DNA of 64,000 nucleotides from Minutocellus sp. GHC0000111 (Eukaryota), in assembly GCA_977018835.1 (NCBI GenBank), contig OZ361258.1, forward strand, positions 4,030,001 through 4,094,000, read 5' to 3'. A model generated the notes under the pieces. It had not been told where the DNA came from and made no database searches. It worked only from the letters and a program-made list of their open reading frames with translations. Below, piece by piece: positions 48,201 through 58,899 of this stretch. Position numbers and translations under genes: made by a program. Within the stretch, counting starts at the first letter, position 1; each line of letters starts with the position of its first letter.

Positions 48201-49929
48201 CGTCGTCAACACCCCGGTTTCAATCTCAAGACCGTCATCGAGGACACCAACAAGCTCTCGGAAATCTTCACAGACAATGTTGTGGACGGATCGAGGACGG
48301 ACATTCGAGTCAATCGCTCAAAGGCAAAGACCGACCGATGCAGTTGCCGCAGCTGCCGCAGTGCTAGGTCCGGCGTCGTCCACGAGCCATGTGATTACCG
48401 CCATGGCCGGATTGCGGTTATCAATGGATGTAAGTTATTTTTTCGACATGCCGACAAGTAGATTTTTTTGCTGATGTGAATATTTTGTATTTTAACACAG
48501 TCTCATTTTCTAGTTGCATTCTCATTCTCATCTCTACCACATAGCTGAGTCGAGAGAAATCGGCTTTCTTGGGTCTCTCATTGATCTCATCCTCTTGGTG
48601 TCTTGTCGGTTCAAGCTCAGCATGTTCCAACTGCTGACCCTCGCCGTCGGAATCGTCGTTAGCAGCAATGGCGTGCTCAAGATCCTCCACATCCTCGAGG
48701 ATTGGGCCAACGATCGTTGCGTTTTGGGCTCCTTTTCGGAGTTTGTGTCCTCGTCACCATTTGCCAACCTGTTTCTGCTACTTCAGAAGGAGATTGATGG
48801 ACACCACTCTACTAAGGAGTGCATCAATCGCAAGAAGACGGCGACCCATCATGGTCGGTATCAGTTCCAGGCTGGTACCAACATGGCTTTTGACAGCATC
48901 TGCGATTGCCGATACGACGATAACGAATGCCTTGTCGAGGAGATGGATCCTCAGCTTCCTACCGAAGCGCCGCCGATGGGGGAGGTCCAACGTCGAGTGA
49001 TCAAGAAGAAGGGCCAGGAGCCTCGCAAGGACGGCTCGTTCAATATTTTGAGCTGGTTCGTTGCCATTATGCTGGTGCTCAAGGCTGCCGCCGCCATCCC
49101 TGCCGACCGAATTCAGTCCCAGTACAGTGGCCTCGTCGACAAGCTGAGCAAGTTGGATGGTTTTGGATCCTTCTCGGCCAACCTGCTAGTTCAACTATGC
49201 GCTCGCATTGGTCTTACCAGCGTCGACGTTGGTACCTGCGGTGGAGTGTGGTCCATGTCGCTTGGTACGTACAAATTCCTCAAGAGGTCTCTTGGCGATG
49301 ACGTCCCTCTGTCCCTCGAGAAGGCCCAGGAGATGTTCGACGAGCTACTTCGGTACCACCAGATGACCCTCAAGATGCATCATTTCACCGCCGAAGATCT
49401 CGATTCTACTCTTTGCGAGGCCAATCGTCTTCTTTGGGGCATTCCCAAGAAGGACGTGTTCCTGATATCTTCCACGGGTGAGCTGCAGAACGTCATTACC
49501 ATCCGCAAGAAGAAGATCAACTCCAAGAAGGGATACCGACCCGACAATACGACCAATGTGCTGACGATACACGCTGGCGGACATTACAACTCGCTGAGCT
49601 ACCGATACCAAGACCTATCCGAGGGAATTCGATTCCATTGCAACGTCGGTGAGCTCGATGATTGGACCCAGCGCGGTGGATACGTCCATGCCAATGCCTT
49701 GGATGCCATGCCATCCTGGGTGAAGCGCATGAGGCCCGTCGATCCAATCACCGGCGAGCTTCAGCACTTTCACTCCAACGTATTCGTGGCCCCGCGTATC
49801 GAACTGCCCAACGATCCGGTTATCATCGAGATTGATGACGACGAGAGCGAAGATAACAAGGGCGGCGAGGGAGACACTGGCTACGATGGTGGAAGTATCG
49901 GAAGTTGGTCGGATGTGGACTTTGAGTAA
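42286..49929 (+). CDS. ~1584-aa multidomain nuclear protein: Ulp1-like protease + TET/JBP-like segment + HhH/aGPT-Pplase-like helical domain
   Basis: Exons 42286-42399, 44850-45727, 45844-46753, 46862-47848, 47949-48429 and 48545-49929; all GT-AG, phases compatible, total 4755 nt. Confidence 0.7.
42709..44211 (-). CDS. Mariner transposase (true start codon unclear)
   Basis: FDEKWFW...QGDNAGPH...QAPQMPHMNVLDLSVF. Confidence 0.9.
   Translation of the reverse strand: MSRAEVEAEHFDDAIGILGPVYCFPTSADDSSDSAAFRSVIDDLATATRRCAAPCLFAIAKCREQAKVDYSVLSSAEHGARFSGWMKACGALPASEKAMWEMKRRSHLAMQPCIRDVIVDALIRNPRESWRELEVDVNFWCSYSAIRRWIMSREGFRYYAERIIPLLTTHQMEKHLAFARKFRNNWGLGGGKFLLVMFDEKWFWGLVLRSYAKQVAELGIDPRSFSAYHRNHINKCMVVAVTALAFIDSIENGGIAFKLGLFRAQAHKIARQMVREAVRQADGRIKYCGPVVRKKDDLHLVDCAVTGCSHGTLDNPKFPLKALFENKIFPDVEALVGPGGKFEGCVPIFQGDNAGPHAETEFVEYVEGCCRDKGWRWEPQAPQMPHMNVLDLSVFPCMSKQHTMLCRDREGLKVLTEDQTWDAAEEVWMGLENWKIASAYIQAHRIAKKVIVAKGNNDFLGNGEGIHVGVRKDFRPTENGMVRIDGKIIAPPPADPTMDN
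44226..44633 (+). CDS. Small ORF inside the mariner, opposite to the transposase
   Basis: Globular-looking sequence MLTAVFLAIIIDQEK...IPDWLWCEIRDEC. Confidence 0.35.
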   Translation: MLTAVFLAIIIDQEKTLKIDGPEDFEKHMLLNVVSRLVCRAIRAENMPLDMDDVVAITESVYDKAAEMFHSSVTFIYKFNGVKRELKKLKLIPDWLWCEIRDECIILPIRGEHHAIVQDEDEMEAEPSRRTNASI

Positions 49930-50249
49930 TGAGGGAGGCTTGTTTGGCTGTGACTTTTGAGTTGGATGTGAATCAATTTACCCGAATAGTAGTAATAATA
50001 ATTTGTATTTTATCGTCTTCATGCGATTTGTGATGAAATGAATCCCGTGCTATGTATTGTTACTGTTCTATCTATCTCGACCGAAGTTCGCAGGATCTAA
50101 AAATGTTTGCCTCCCAGGCAAAAACACTATCGCGATCAATTCGGGAGATTTACTGTTGGAGACCGTCGGATTTACAAATATTGCCATTCAAGGCAAGCGC
50201 TATCTCGATGGATTCGGGAGAGGGAAGGAAGACTGTCAGTCCAACAAAT

Positions 50250-51739
50250 CTACTCCAACGACTCAATGAACTCTTTGACTTCTTTCTTGCTCCGGAACAC
50301 TTGGTTGTTGTAGTAGTATATGTAGTACTTGTCACCGGCGTTCTTGCAATCACTCTTCCTTGTACCACGAACACGGGTGTCCATGGTCCAACCTGGACCG
50401 AATTCGGGGCAAGGCTGGTCGCCGACTTTGACTCCGGGACGGGGAATGCGCTCGTAGTCGTCACTCTCGTCGCTCTCCTCTCCATCATCGGACTCCTCTT
50501 CACCAGACTTATCCTCGTCCTCGCCGTCCTCGTCATTGGGCTGGAACTCATCATCGTCACCAGACTCATCCTCGTCCTCGCCGTCCTCGTCATTGGGCTG
50601 GAACTCATCATCGTCATCGGACTCAACCTCGTCCTCGCCGTCCTCGTCATTGGGCTGGAGCTCCTCATCGTCGTCGGACAGCTTCTCGTACTGGCCGTCG
50701 TCGGACTCGTGGTCATGCTCTTGGAGGGAGGAACGAGGCTTCTTGAGGCTCTGGGTCCTGGACCTGTTGAGGCTCCGACCGACCGTGTCAATGGTATCCT
50801 CGTCGGACGACGACTCCTTGCTGTGCTTCTTGTCGTAACGTTCGAGTTCGGACTCATCGGACGAGTCGAGCAGGTTGTTGTAGCCAGGAGACGTGAAGAG
50901 CAAGGAGTCATTGAGGAACGAGGTGTTCTTGGTGAAACTCTTGAGGAGCGAGGGATCCTTGAGGAACGAGGAGGACGCGGTGGCATCGAGGGACTTGTCA
51001 ACGTCATCGTCGTCACCATCCGAGTCGGTGTCCTCGATTGCATTGCGACGACGGAGAAGACGTCGGGGCTTGCTGACACTCTGGTGAGGCAAGAGAATGG
51101 AAAGTACAAGGCCACGATGGGACGATGGCTTAGCAGAAGCACGCAGTGGGACACACAGAAGGATACGATTTCGTCATTGGATACGCCAACAAACAAAAAG
51201 TAGAAATCAAAAAGATGTGGTCTTACCATCTCCTTGAGCTGGGCCAGGAGACCGGCGACCTCGGTCTCAAGACCGACGACCTTGGTCTTGTGTTCATCGA
51301 CTTCGTCGTCTAGCTCCCTGATGGTGTAGTTTTGGTCCTCGACCTTGGCCTCCAAACCCATCATCGTCTCTTCGAGGGCAACAATCTTTTCATCCCTGGC
51401 CTTGATCACCTCGTCCTTGGCCGTAATCTCCTCGCGCATGGTCTTGATCTCACCATCCCTGGCCTCGACCAATTCATCACTGCTGTCGTTGGCTTTCTGC
51501 AACTCGTCGATGAGATCACCATCTTGATTCTGCTCATTGAGCAGTTCGGTAACTGAATTGTTGAGACGACCCTGGAGCTGATTCGACTCTCCGACCATGT
51601 CCAAAGCACTCCTCAACGAAACACGCTGTCTCTTCCGGTCAACCAAAAGGCCGGTGACTGCCTTCACAACGCCATCCGTGCCGAGCATTGCAATGGCCAA
51701 GGCTTCTTCCCTCTCCTCGCGATGGTGTTCACTATCCAT
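50250..51739 (-). CDS. Coiled-coil + acidic repeat + C-terminal methyl-CpG-binding (MBD/TAM) domain protein; exons 51739-51227 and 51080-50250, 447 aa
   Basis: PEFGPGWTMDTRVRG...AGDKYYIYYYNNQVFRSKKEVKEFI matches the MBD pattern GW..e.r.R...D.YY.....FRSk.e+. Confidence 0.8.
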
Positions 51740-51818
51740 CTTGGTGTAGTATCGATGTATCAAGATCTGTGGTTGACTTCGAAATGAAAAAAAGTGTGGT
51801 CGCTTTTCGCATGTTGCT

Positions 51819-53444
51819 GTGACGGCCGAAGACAAGCGATCAAAGTTAGTCAATGACCTCATCAATGAATGGACCACCAAAGTCGTTCCGATTCTTGATG
51901 GTGCCTACCACGACCTCATTTCCACGGCTCCGCACTCCGAGATATCGGGTCAGCGCGAATATCGGTACCAGGTTGCCGACCCAACCGACCAATTCCAGAA
52001 TGACCTCATTGAGGTATACAACTCATCTATTCTATCCAAAGGAGAGGAGAAAGCCTGGTTGATTACGAGCAGAGTAGACTATGGAGTTTTGGCCAAGTAC
52101 ATCAGCGAAACGCCAGAGTTAAAGGAGATGAAGACTTTTCTCCAGCGTTGTTTCAGGTTCTGGCGAGAACACAGTGAGTCGACTCATGCCAATGTTCTGC
52201 GAACAAGTTTTCTTGTCGTTGCTAAGAATGCATTTATCTAACAAAATGAATTTTTTACTTTGTTCTAACCCAGCCAACCAAACGCGGAGACGCTCGACAG
52301 AGTGACGGCAGACTCGACCGAAGCCGCCGACCACCACCGAAAGGTTAGCAAGCACAGCGCCGAGCAAGGCTGTGACGCAAGGGAGTACGCATTCACCAAG
52401 AAGAAGTCGTCAAGAGAATACACTGCTGCAGTGTACGCCATGCGCCTAGATGGCGGCGAGAACGACGACCAACGCGCAGTCCGAAGCAAGATCGGAAAGA
52501 TCAACTCGAAGGCCAACAGCTTACGAGAATATTTCTTACCCGGCGACTCATACAACAAGAGACGCAAGCCATTCAGACTAGATCCTAGCAACTCAAACGA
52601 GACTGTTTCACCCGACAATGTCGTCGGCGAGATTCTGCTCGACATTGGGGAGATTGCAATCGGAACTCTCTTTGAAAAGGTCAAGTTTCCCCACACGAGC
52701 AACTACGCCATTCAGGCGATCGAGTCTCTTGCTACGGCGTCATTTTTTCCAAACCTCACAATTTGCCCATCCATTGACCAGATAGGCGACGGAGGAATAG
52801 CGTTGCTCAACAACGCCAATTGGAAGAAGAACCTCGAAGCGTTCCTAGACCTTCGACGAATCAACGGCGGAAGTTTTCAGTACTTTCCTGGGGGCGGCAC
52901 GGCAAAAACTCCAGACGAAAGAAAGAGACAGTCGCTTACGAATTGGTACAACAACGAGCTAATGCAGTACAAGAAGGGAGAAATGCCAATTGACCGAGTC
53001 CGCGTCTTGGATGGAATGAGGTTCTTCGAGAACAACAATCGGGGCCAGGACTACCTCAACAAGTTAGAAGCAAAATGGGTGCAAAGATACGACGATCTGA
53101 GCAACCTGATAGTCCAGCTAAAAGAGCAAACCGAAGAAGACGAGGGTGGCGAACACGAGGAACTTGACGACAACGATGAGGACAGTGAGATTGAGTGGGC
53201 ATCGGAATGGCCACTGGAAGAATTTTGGGTTTACCTACATTCGGATGACTATGGCCCGGACTCCAGAGAGTACAAACTTTCTAAGTGGTACAACGACCAA
53301 GTAGCACAGCTTGGGAGACACAAGCAACACACTACGAGTTCTCGGTTTGTCAACGGCGCTCTGCCGGAAATGTACCAGCAGAGGGCAGAGAATCTTCGAG
53401 AGCTAGGCGGCCCGCACTCTGACAAGCTTGGAAACTACAGTTAG
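51819..53444 (+). CDS. Helicase-associated (HA) domain-like protein; 5' structure unresolved
   Basis: LTNWYNNELMQYKKGEMPIDRVRVLDGMRF and KWVQRYDDL...LSKWYNDQ...QRAENLRELG. Confidence 0.55.
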
Positions 53445-53476
53445 GCCTACATTGAGAACTACATGTAAAATAGACC

Positions 53477-54065
53477 ATGATCGGCGATGACTTTATTTCA
53501 CCAGTAAAATGGCCATCTGCATTTAACGCGAAAGCTTTGGATCAAATAGCATGCCCGATGGGACCCCCTCCGCCCTCTGATAACGACAAACCGGGAAACT
53601 TTGACGAGCACATAGAAGCGGACAAAACAAAGCTGACTGCAACTGGCGCGCTTGCCGAGAGTACTGAGGACTACAGGAATGAAGGCTACGATGGATTTAC
53701 AATTTCATATGAACAGGCCAAGGCAAACATCTATGATTATATCACGGAGTGCTTTGTGCCCCCACTTCGACGAAATGGCGGAGGCTCAATTTACGAATCT
53801 GCATGCGGAACAGCAGCTAATTTGCTCATGACGCTTGAAATTATCTCAGAGAATGGCGTTGAAGATGTGACTGTTTATGGGTCGGAGTATGTCGCCGACT
53901 CGGTCACCGTTGCGAGGCAAATGCTTGAGGCGCACATGCCTGGTACCTTCCACATGGGATCAATATGCCAGGCGGACAGTACAAAGCTCGAGCACGTCCC
54001 ATCGAATTCGATGGATGTTGTTTTCACGGGCTATATTGATCCCCTGGTTGACCCTCTAAATTTGG
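53477..54065 (+). pseudogene. Class I SAM-dependent methyltransferase fragment, truncated at both ends
   Basis: SIYESACGTAAN, VYGSEY, CQADSTKL, SMDVVFTGYIDP; runs directly into antisense PDCD2 sequence. Confidence 0.65.
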
Positions 54066-55269
54066 ATCCAGAGGAAGACGGTACATTGGTGGAGCTCACC
54101 CACAGCGGTCCACCTTCCTTGGCTTCTCCATCGTCGTCACCATCGTCGGCGCCGGCATCGGTTTCCTTCCATCGGCAATACCGGAGACACTGTTCCTTGA
54201 CATCACCATCGCCTCTGCCAATGCGAGAGTAAAATTCAAGAGTAGCCGCATCGGATGTGCCAGTACCTGCCGCTCCGGTCATATCATTGAGGTCTGTCTG
54301 TTCCAGGTTCTCGTCAAGTTCTTCTTCGTCATCCTTCCCGTCATCGCCGCCCTCATCATCACCCATTTCTTCCACAATTTTCGCTTTCTTTTTCCCTTCG
54401 TCACTTGTGCTGAACATGGCCACCTTATCCATCTCTTGTCTCAATCGCTCTTCTTCGTCTGCGGTTGTCTTCTTCGATGTTGGCTCATCCTCCACAACAA
54501 GCTCCGATTCCACATAAACAGATGGCAATAATTTCGATATGGCGTCTTCTTTATCATCGTCCTTGGCATACTTATTGTATTCCTATTGATGCTCCTTGCC
54601 ACAGAACCACAAGTCTTGCTTGGGACAACGTCCGCCCGCTTTGCAACCACAAACAGCACAAAGGTTGACCCCGTGAACCTCTGACTCATTATGGGTCCAG
54701 TCATCAAAGTCATCTTCTCTATCTTTTGTCGACCGAGGATAAAATTCGTTATCTTGTGGCAACTGGCTGCGCAATACCAGCACGGAATCTGGTGTTGGGT
54801 TGGTCGAGCATTCCGCCGAGGGACAGGCAAACACATACAGCGTCCGATGGAATGCGGCTGGATTGGGCGGGCTGCTCTCCTCATCGGCCGGACAATACGT
54901 TTGGCACAAGAAGCGCATGATCGTTGATTCTTTTGTTTTTGAAGAATCGTTGCCCAAACCATTGCCATCGTCATTTTCCTGGGCTTCGTTGCGTTTGGCA
55001 CATGCTCTGCATCGGAGAGGACCAACTGGAACATCCCGTGGGTTGAGCAAGCTGGGCTTTCCACCTATCTTGCCTCCATCCCAATCCGACCAGATGGGTG
55101 AATTGTGAGCAATTGCCTCGAGATCACCCGGTGATTCAATAGGAACAGAGAATCCGAGATGTACAGCTATCGATGACGCCGAGGCGGCGGAGGCATCGTC
55201 GTTGTCCACCCACCTGGGTGGGTGGACGACAGATGAAAAATGAGTGAAGCTGAAAGGTCTGTCCGTCAT
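54066..55269 (-). pseudogene. PDCD2: PDCD2/TSR4-like protein with in-frame TAG (54583-54585) and missing C-terminus
   Basis: GKIGGKPS, FLCQTYCP, FHRTLYVFAC, VLRSQLPQDN, MYND-like CAVCG...FCGKEHQ, QCLRYCR, PLWVS. Confidence 0.8.
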
Positions 55270-55681
55270 CCATTTTCGCTAGGAATGACACCCGGATACG
55301 CGAACATCCAGGATCAACAGTGATCCTACTAGGACCCGGAATTGTGAAAAACAGGAGGAAATCCTGGGAAATTCGATTTTTTGTGAAATGGAGCTCTGAC
55401 CTCATGCGATGCACCAATGAATAGATCTCACAAAGTTACACCTGGGTTCGAAAGTCCGAAGTTTCAATTCCGAATATTAGTTGAGATATTCGCACATCAT
55501 GGGTGCTTCGCCCTTGCTTCCACGCGTTGAGTTTTTCTCCCAAAATCAGGCCTTTTTTCCTCCGTTTTTCGCGCCGCTGGGTCCTAGTATGCATTCAAAG
55601 CAAGCCTCACAACACAACAAAAGAAGCAAAACGCCAATACCAGCACCCCTGTGCGCACACCACGAAGAGAAATATTGCAAT

Positions 55682-56152
55682 ATGAAATACGAAAAGGTTG
55701 TCCAGAAGGAAAACGAAGCCAGCATGGTAATTGTAAATGCAGAGCGAGTGGGCGATGATGCCCCAGTATCTTTTTCCGCGGATGCAAATAAAAATCCTTA
55801 CGAGGACGATGAGACTATCGTCAGCGAGGACAATGGGAAGCAAGTTGCCCATGGTGCCGCATTCTTCTGGGGCCTCTTTGGTTGCATCCTTGGCGGCTTC
55901 CCTCTAGCACTGCTCGGTGCTTGGGGCGGTGCTCACACGGCCACTCACAATGATGGTCCTGTTGGAGAATTATCCCGAAGTCTAGGAGAAGTTGCCATCG
56001 CCGCAAGCAATAAGGCGAAGGAGAAACAAATCAAGGAAAAGACCGGTAAGGTAGCCAAGGCAACGGTGAGACAGCTGAAGGAGTCATTCAAAGGCCGCAA
56101 AAATACCTCGGCGACCGCATCCTCCCAGAATCCGAATGCACAAGTCCTTTAG
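55682..56152 (+). CDS. Small protein with Gly-zipper hydrophobic segment, function unknown
   Basis: GAAFFWGLFGCILGGFPLALLGAWGG...GELSRSLGEVA. Confidence 0.6.
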   Translation: MKYEKVVQKENEASMVIVNAERVGDDAPVSFSADANKNPYEDDETIVSEDNGKQVAHGAAFFWGLFGCILGGFPLALLGAWGGAHTATHNDGPVGELSRSLGEVAIAASNKAKEKQIKEKTGKVAKATVRQLKESFKGRKNTSATASSQNPNAQVL

Positions 56153-56242
56153 CACTTTTATTTGTTTGTTTGTTCAGAAAGCGAAAAATGCTTGAAAATC
56201 CGAAAATAGAATGATTGTATATTAGAGATAAAAGAGTTGCAT

Positions 56243-56982
56243 CTACCACATGCTTTCCAGCCGCTCTTTCAAGTACTTGGCTACGCCATCGTTGGCGGCC
56301 AGCTTGTCGGCAATAGCGTTCAGGGCAGTGCATTTCTCGGCCGCCTTGGCAGTGTCCTCCAAATCAGCGGCCATGCAATCACGAAGCAGAGCCCAAATGA
56401 CGACATCGGCATATGAAGTGCTTGATCCATATGCGTATCCCTCGCTTCCGGTCTCCTTGATCACTGCTTCAATCTTTCCCAACATCTCAGGCATATCACT
56501 CTCGAACCATTCCTTACGAAGCTCGGCCTTTTCCTCATCTGTCTTTCCCTTAGCAAAGCGGCTGAATCCCTTGCGCATGGCAGCATCCTTGACATCACGG
56601 CAGTGCTCGGCGATACAGTCAATCATGGCCTCGTCCTCGGGCGTTTCTCCCACCAGGCCGAAACGTCGCGAGAGGTATCGCTCAATGGCCTTGCTTTGGC
56701 CGATGGTAGCACCGGATGGCGTGATGAGTACGGGCGCTCGGTTCAGATTCATTTTGAGCTCACCACTTTCCTTGGCCTCATTAAAGTGGGGGAGCTGAAC
56801 GTCTTTTGGTCAATGGCAAAGCGATCGTCATCATACACCTCACCCCCCAGAGCGAAGAGGATGCGTGAAGTCTCGGTAGCTCCCTTGATGTCGAAGTATC
56901 GAAGCCGATAGTTCGAACCGCTGGTCGCCGATGCCGATGCTACTGATAGCGATGCGACGAGGAGAAGGTTGAGGCGCATCAT
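56243..56982 (-). CDS. Glutathione S-transferase (Tyr-type, sigma-like) with signal peptide; apparent 1-nt frameshift near 56790
   Basis: YRLRYFDIKGATETSR, NRAPVL, IGQSKAIERYL, SYADV; one added C in the C5 run restores ...SPHFNEAKESGELKMNL. Confidence 0.85.
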
Positions 56983-57027
56983 GGTAGCTTGACTTCGGAT
57001 GATGACTGAGCCGGATGACTCGACTCA

Positions 57028-58671
57028 CCTACGTAGGCCTAGTAAGTACCCTATAGGCAACACTGGGTGTTGCCAGGCTCACCGTGGCGTGACGCACGCC
57101 CTGGCTGTTGCTCACCCTGTCCTTGTCGCGAGCCTAGCTTCTGCTCTAAAATAGTTGAAAATATTTTCATGTCTGTGTGTTTTTGCAATGTTGGCAGGCT
57201 CGCATGGCGAAAGCTGGCAACAACCAAAACTTTTAGCATCCTTGGGACTTGTTTCATGCACATCAGGAAACAGCTGGACAGAGAGCTAAGGAGCACTGAT
57301 TGTTGCGAAGTGTAAGCAAGCGAGCTGGGCCAATCAGTTGAGTCCGTTCAAAACCGCAAGATACCGGCTTCAATCGGCTTGGTTTGTGTCCCGTCTTCTG
57401 TATCCCGTCTTTTCACGAACACGAGAACGGCCAGAGAAAGAGAGAGAGAGATAAAGCACCAATGGCTCGTTCTCCCGCGACTACAAGCGGCCGAGGAGGC
57501 CGAGGAGGCCGTCGTACTACCAGTAATAACGCAGGACGCGGCAGCGGTGCCAGTACTGGATCGCCATCTCGTCGCCCAGTCGATGCTCGTGTTCATGGTC
57601 CACCGGCACCGGCTGCACCACCTCGTCGAAATGGCCCTCAGAACAAAAATCGAAGCTTTCGAGACGTCATTCGCAATCAGCTTGCGCACGTAACGCAGCA
57701 TATTCCTTTTCAGCACCACATCCCACACCACCCACCAGGAGGTGGTGCTCTCGTTCCTGCTGCAGCTCCCGCCAACATTCCGTTTCGAGGAGAGGTTCGA
57801 ACCGGCGGTCCAACTCAAGAGTCGGTATTCAACACAATCCGCGAAGCACGCGAAACTCACGTAGAAAGCCGATCCAACCGAACGACCGATATATATTCAC
57901 AGTTTATTCCCCGCTGGGAGAAATGGTGCGCAGCTGTCGATGGAGATGTGCTTGATGGCGTGCTGATTGAAGGGAAAGGAGATCAACCATACAGCCTTGC
58001 CGTCACTCAGTTCAAGACCGTGAAATTTATGGCATCATATGGTCTAATATTATGGACCGGGAAAGAAGAGGGGCAATCTTCCAACATGGCGCTCACAATC
58101 TACAAGAGGAGCAGGCATTCGTAAATATGATCAAGAAATGTGCAGAAGGAAGAAGCTGTACGATCAGATCGATGCTGGCGTCACAGCTGATGTTTTTTAC
58201 GACGTTGTGAGGCGAGAGAACAACGAGTTGTTTTCAGACCCAAAATACCAGCGCGATGGCACGATTCTTAGATGGCTAATTCAGTACTATACTAGAAAAG
58301 GCAGCCGATACGAGGAAAATAGAAGACGTGCCATTGAAAGAAACAAGAAGAGAAAGGAGAATCGCATGATCCATCAAAACCATCAAAATGAGGACAACAA
58401 CGAGTTGGACGATGAATCTGATGAGCCACCATTGGAGATCATGGAGGATGTATAACTACACTTAGTCTGCTTTTACACATGTATAGGCATTCCTGCTCAT
58501 TTGTCTACGCCGTCATGGCATAGATCTATCGGTACATGTAGCAAAGATAAAAGAGAGAAGCAAAGAAGCAAAAAAGGCTTCAATTTTTTTTCGTTTTGGC
58601 GCGCGGTCCCTTCCCCCTGTTTTCCGGGCCATTGGTAGTTCCTTTTCTGGCTATTTCCTACGTAGGCCTAG
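57028..58671 (+). mobile_element. Putative internally deleted Crypton-like (tyrosine-recombinase) element bounded by 15-bp direct repeats
   Basis: CCTACGTAGGCCTAG at 57028-57042 and 58657-58671; ORF remnants 57462-58455 with RTTDIYSQFIPRWEKWC...VTQFKTVKF and GCR1_C-like TWRS...MCRRKKLYDQI. Confidence 0.5.
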
Positions 58672-58899
58672 CTAGTCACTCATCCTGTCATCATGAGAGC
58701 TGAAAAGCAAAGCGATGATCAAAATCGTCTGTCCTCGTCCGTCGACCAGGTCAGCAAATCAATCCGCCCGCCGTTGTTGCTGCCATATTGTTACGAGGTC
58801 ACCTTGTAGGCAATTTGCTTTACTAGCTCTAGTAGGGCTGCCCTTATTACTGGAAGAACCAAGGGCCGACGCGGAAGAACTGGCAGCATCGACGCAACG

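Noticed and set aside
50052..51203. 383-aa hydrophobic ORF on the + strand
   Set aside because: Antisense shadow of the acidic repeats of the MBD gene
50150..51880. 576-aa ORF as a single CDS
   Set aside because: It reads through intron 51226-51081 into the wrong frame; the spliced model yields the MBD
21183..54585. Stop-codon reassignment or readthrough to explain in-frame TAG/TAA
   Set aside because: Intact genes in the window end normally in TAA, TAG and TGA, and the affected genes often carry other lesions
56780..56800. Programmed ribosomal frameshift in GST
   Set aside because: Better explained by a 1-nt loss in a C5 run; no slippery heptamer or stimulatory structure seen
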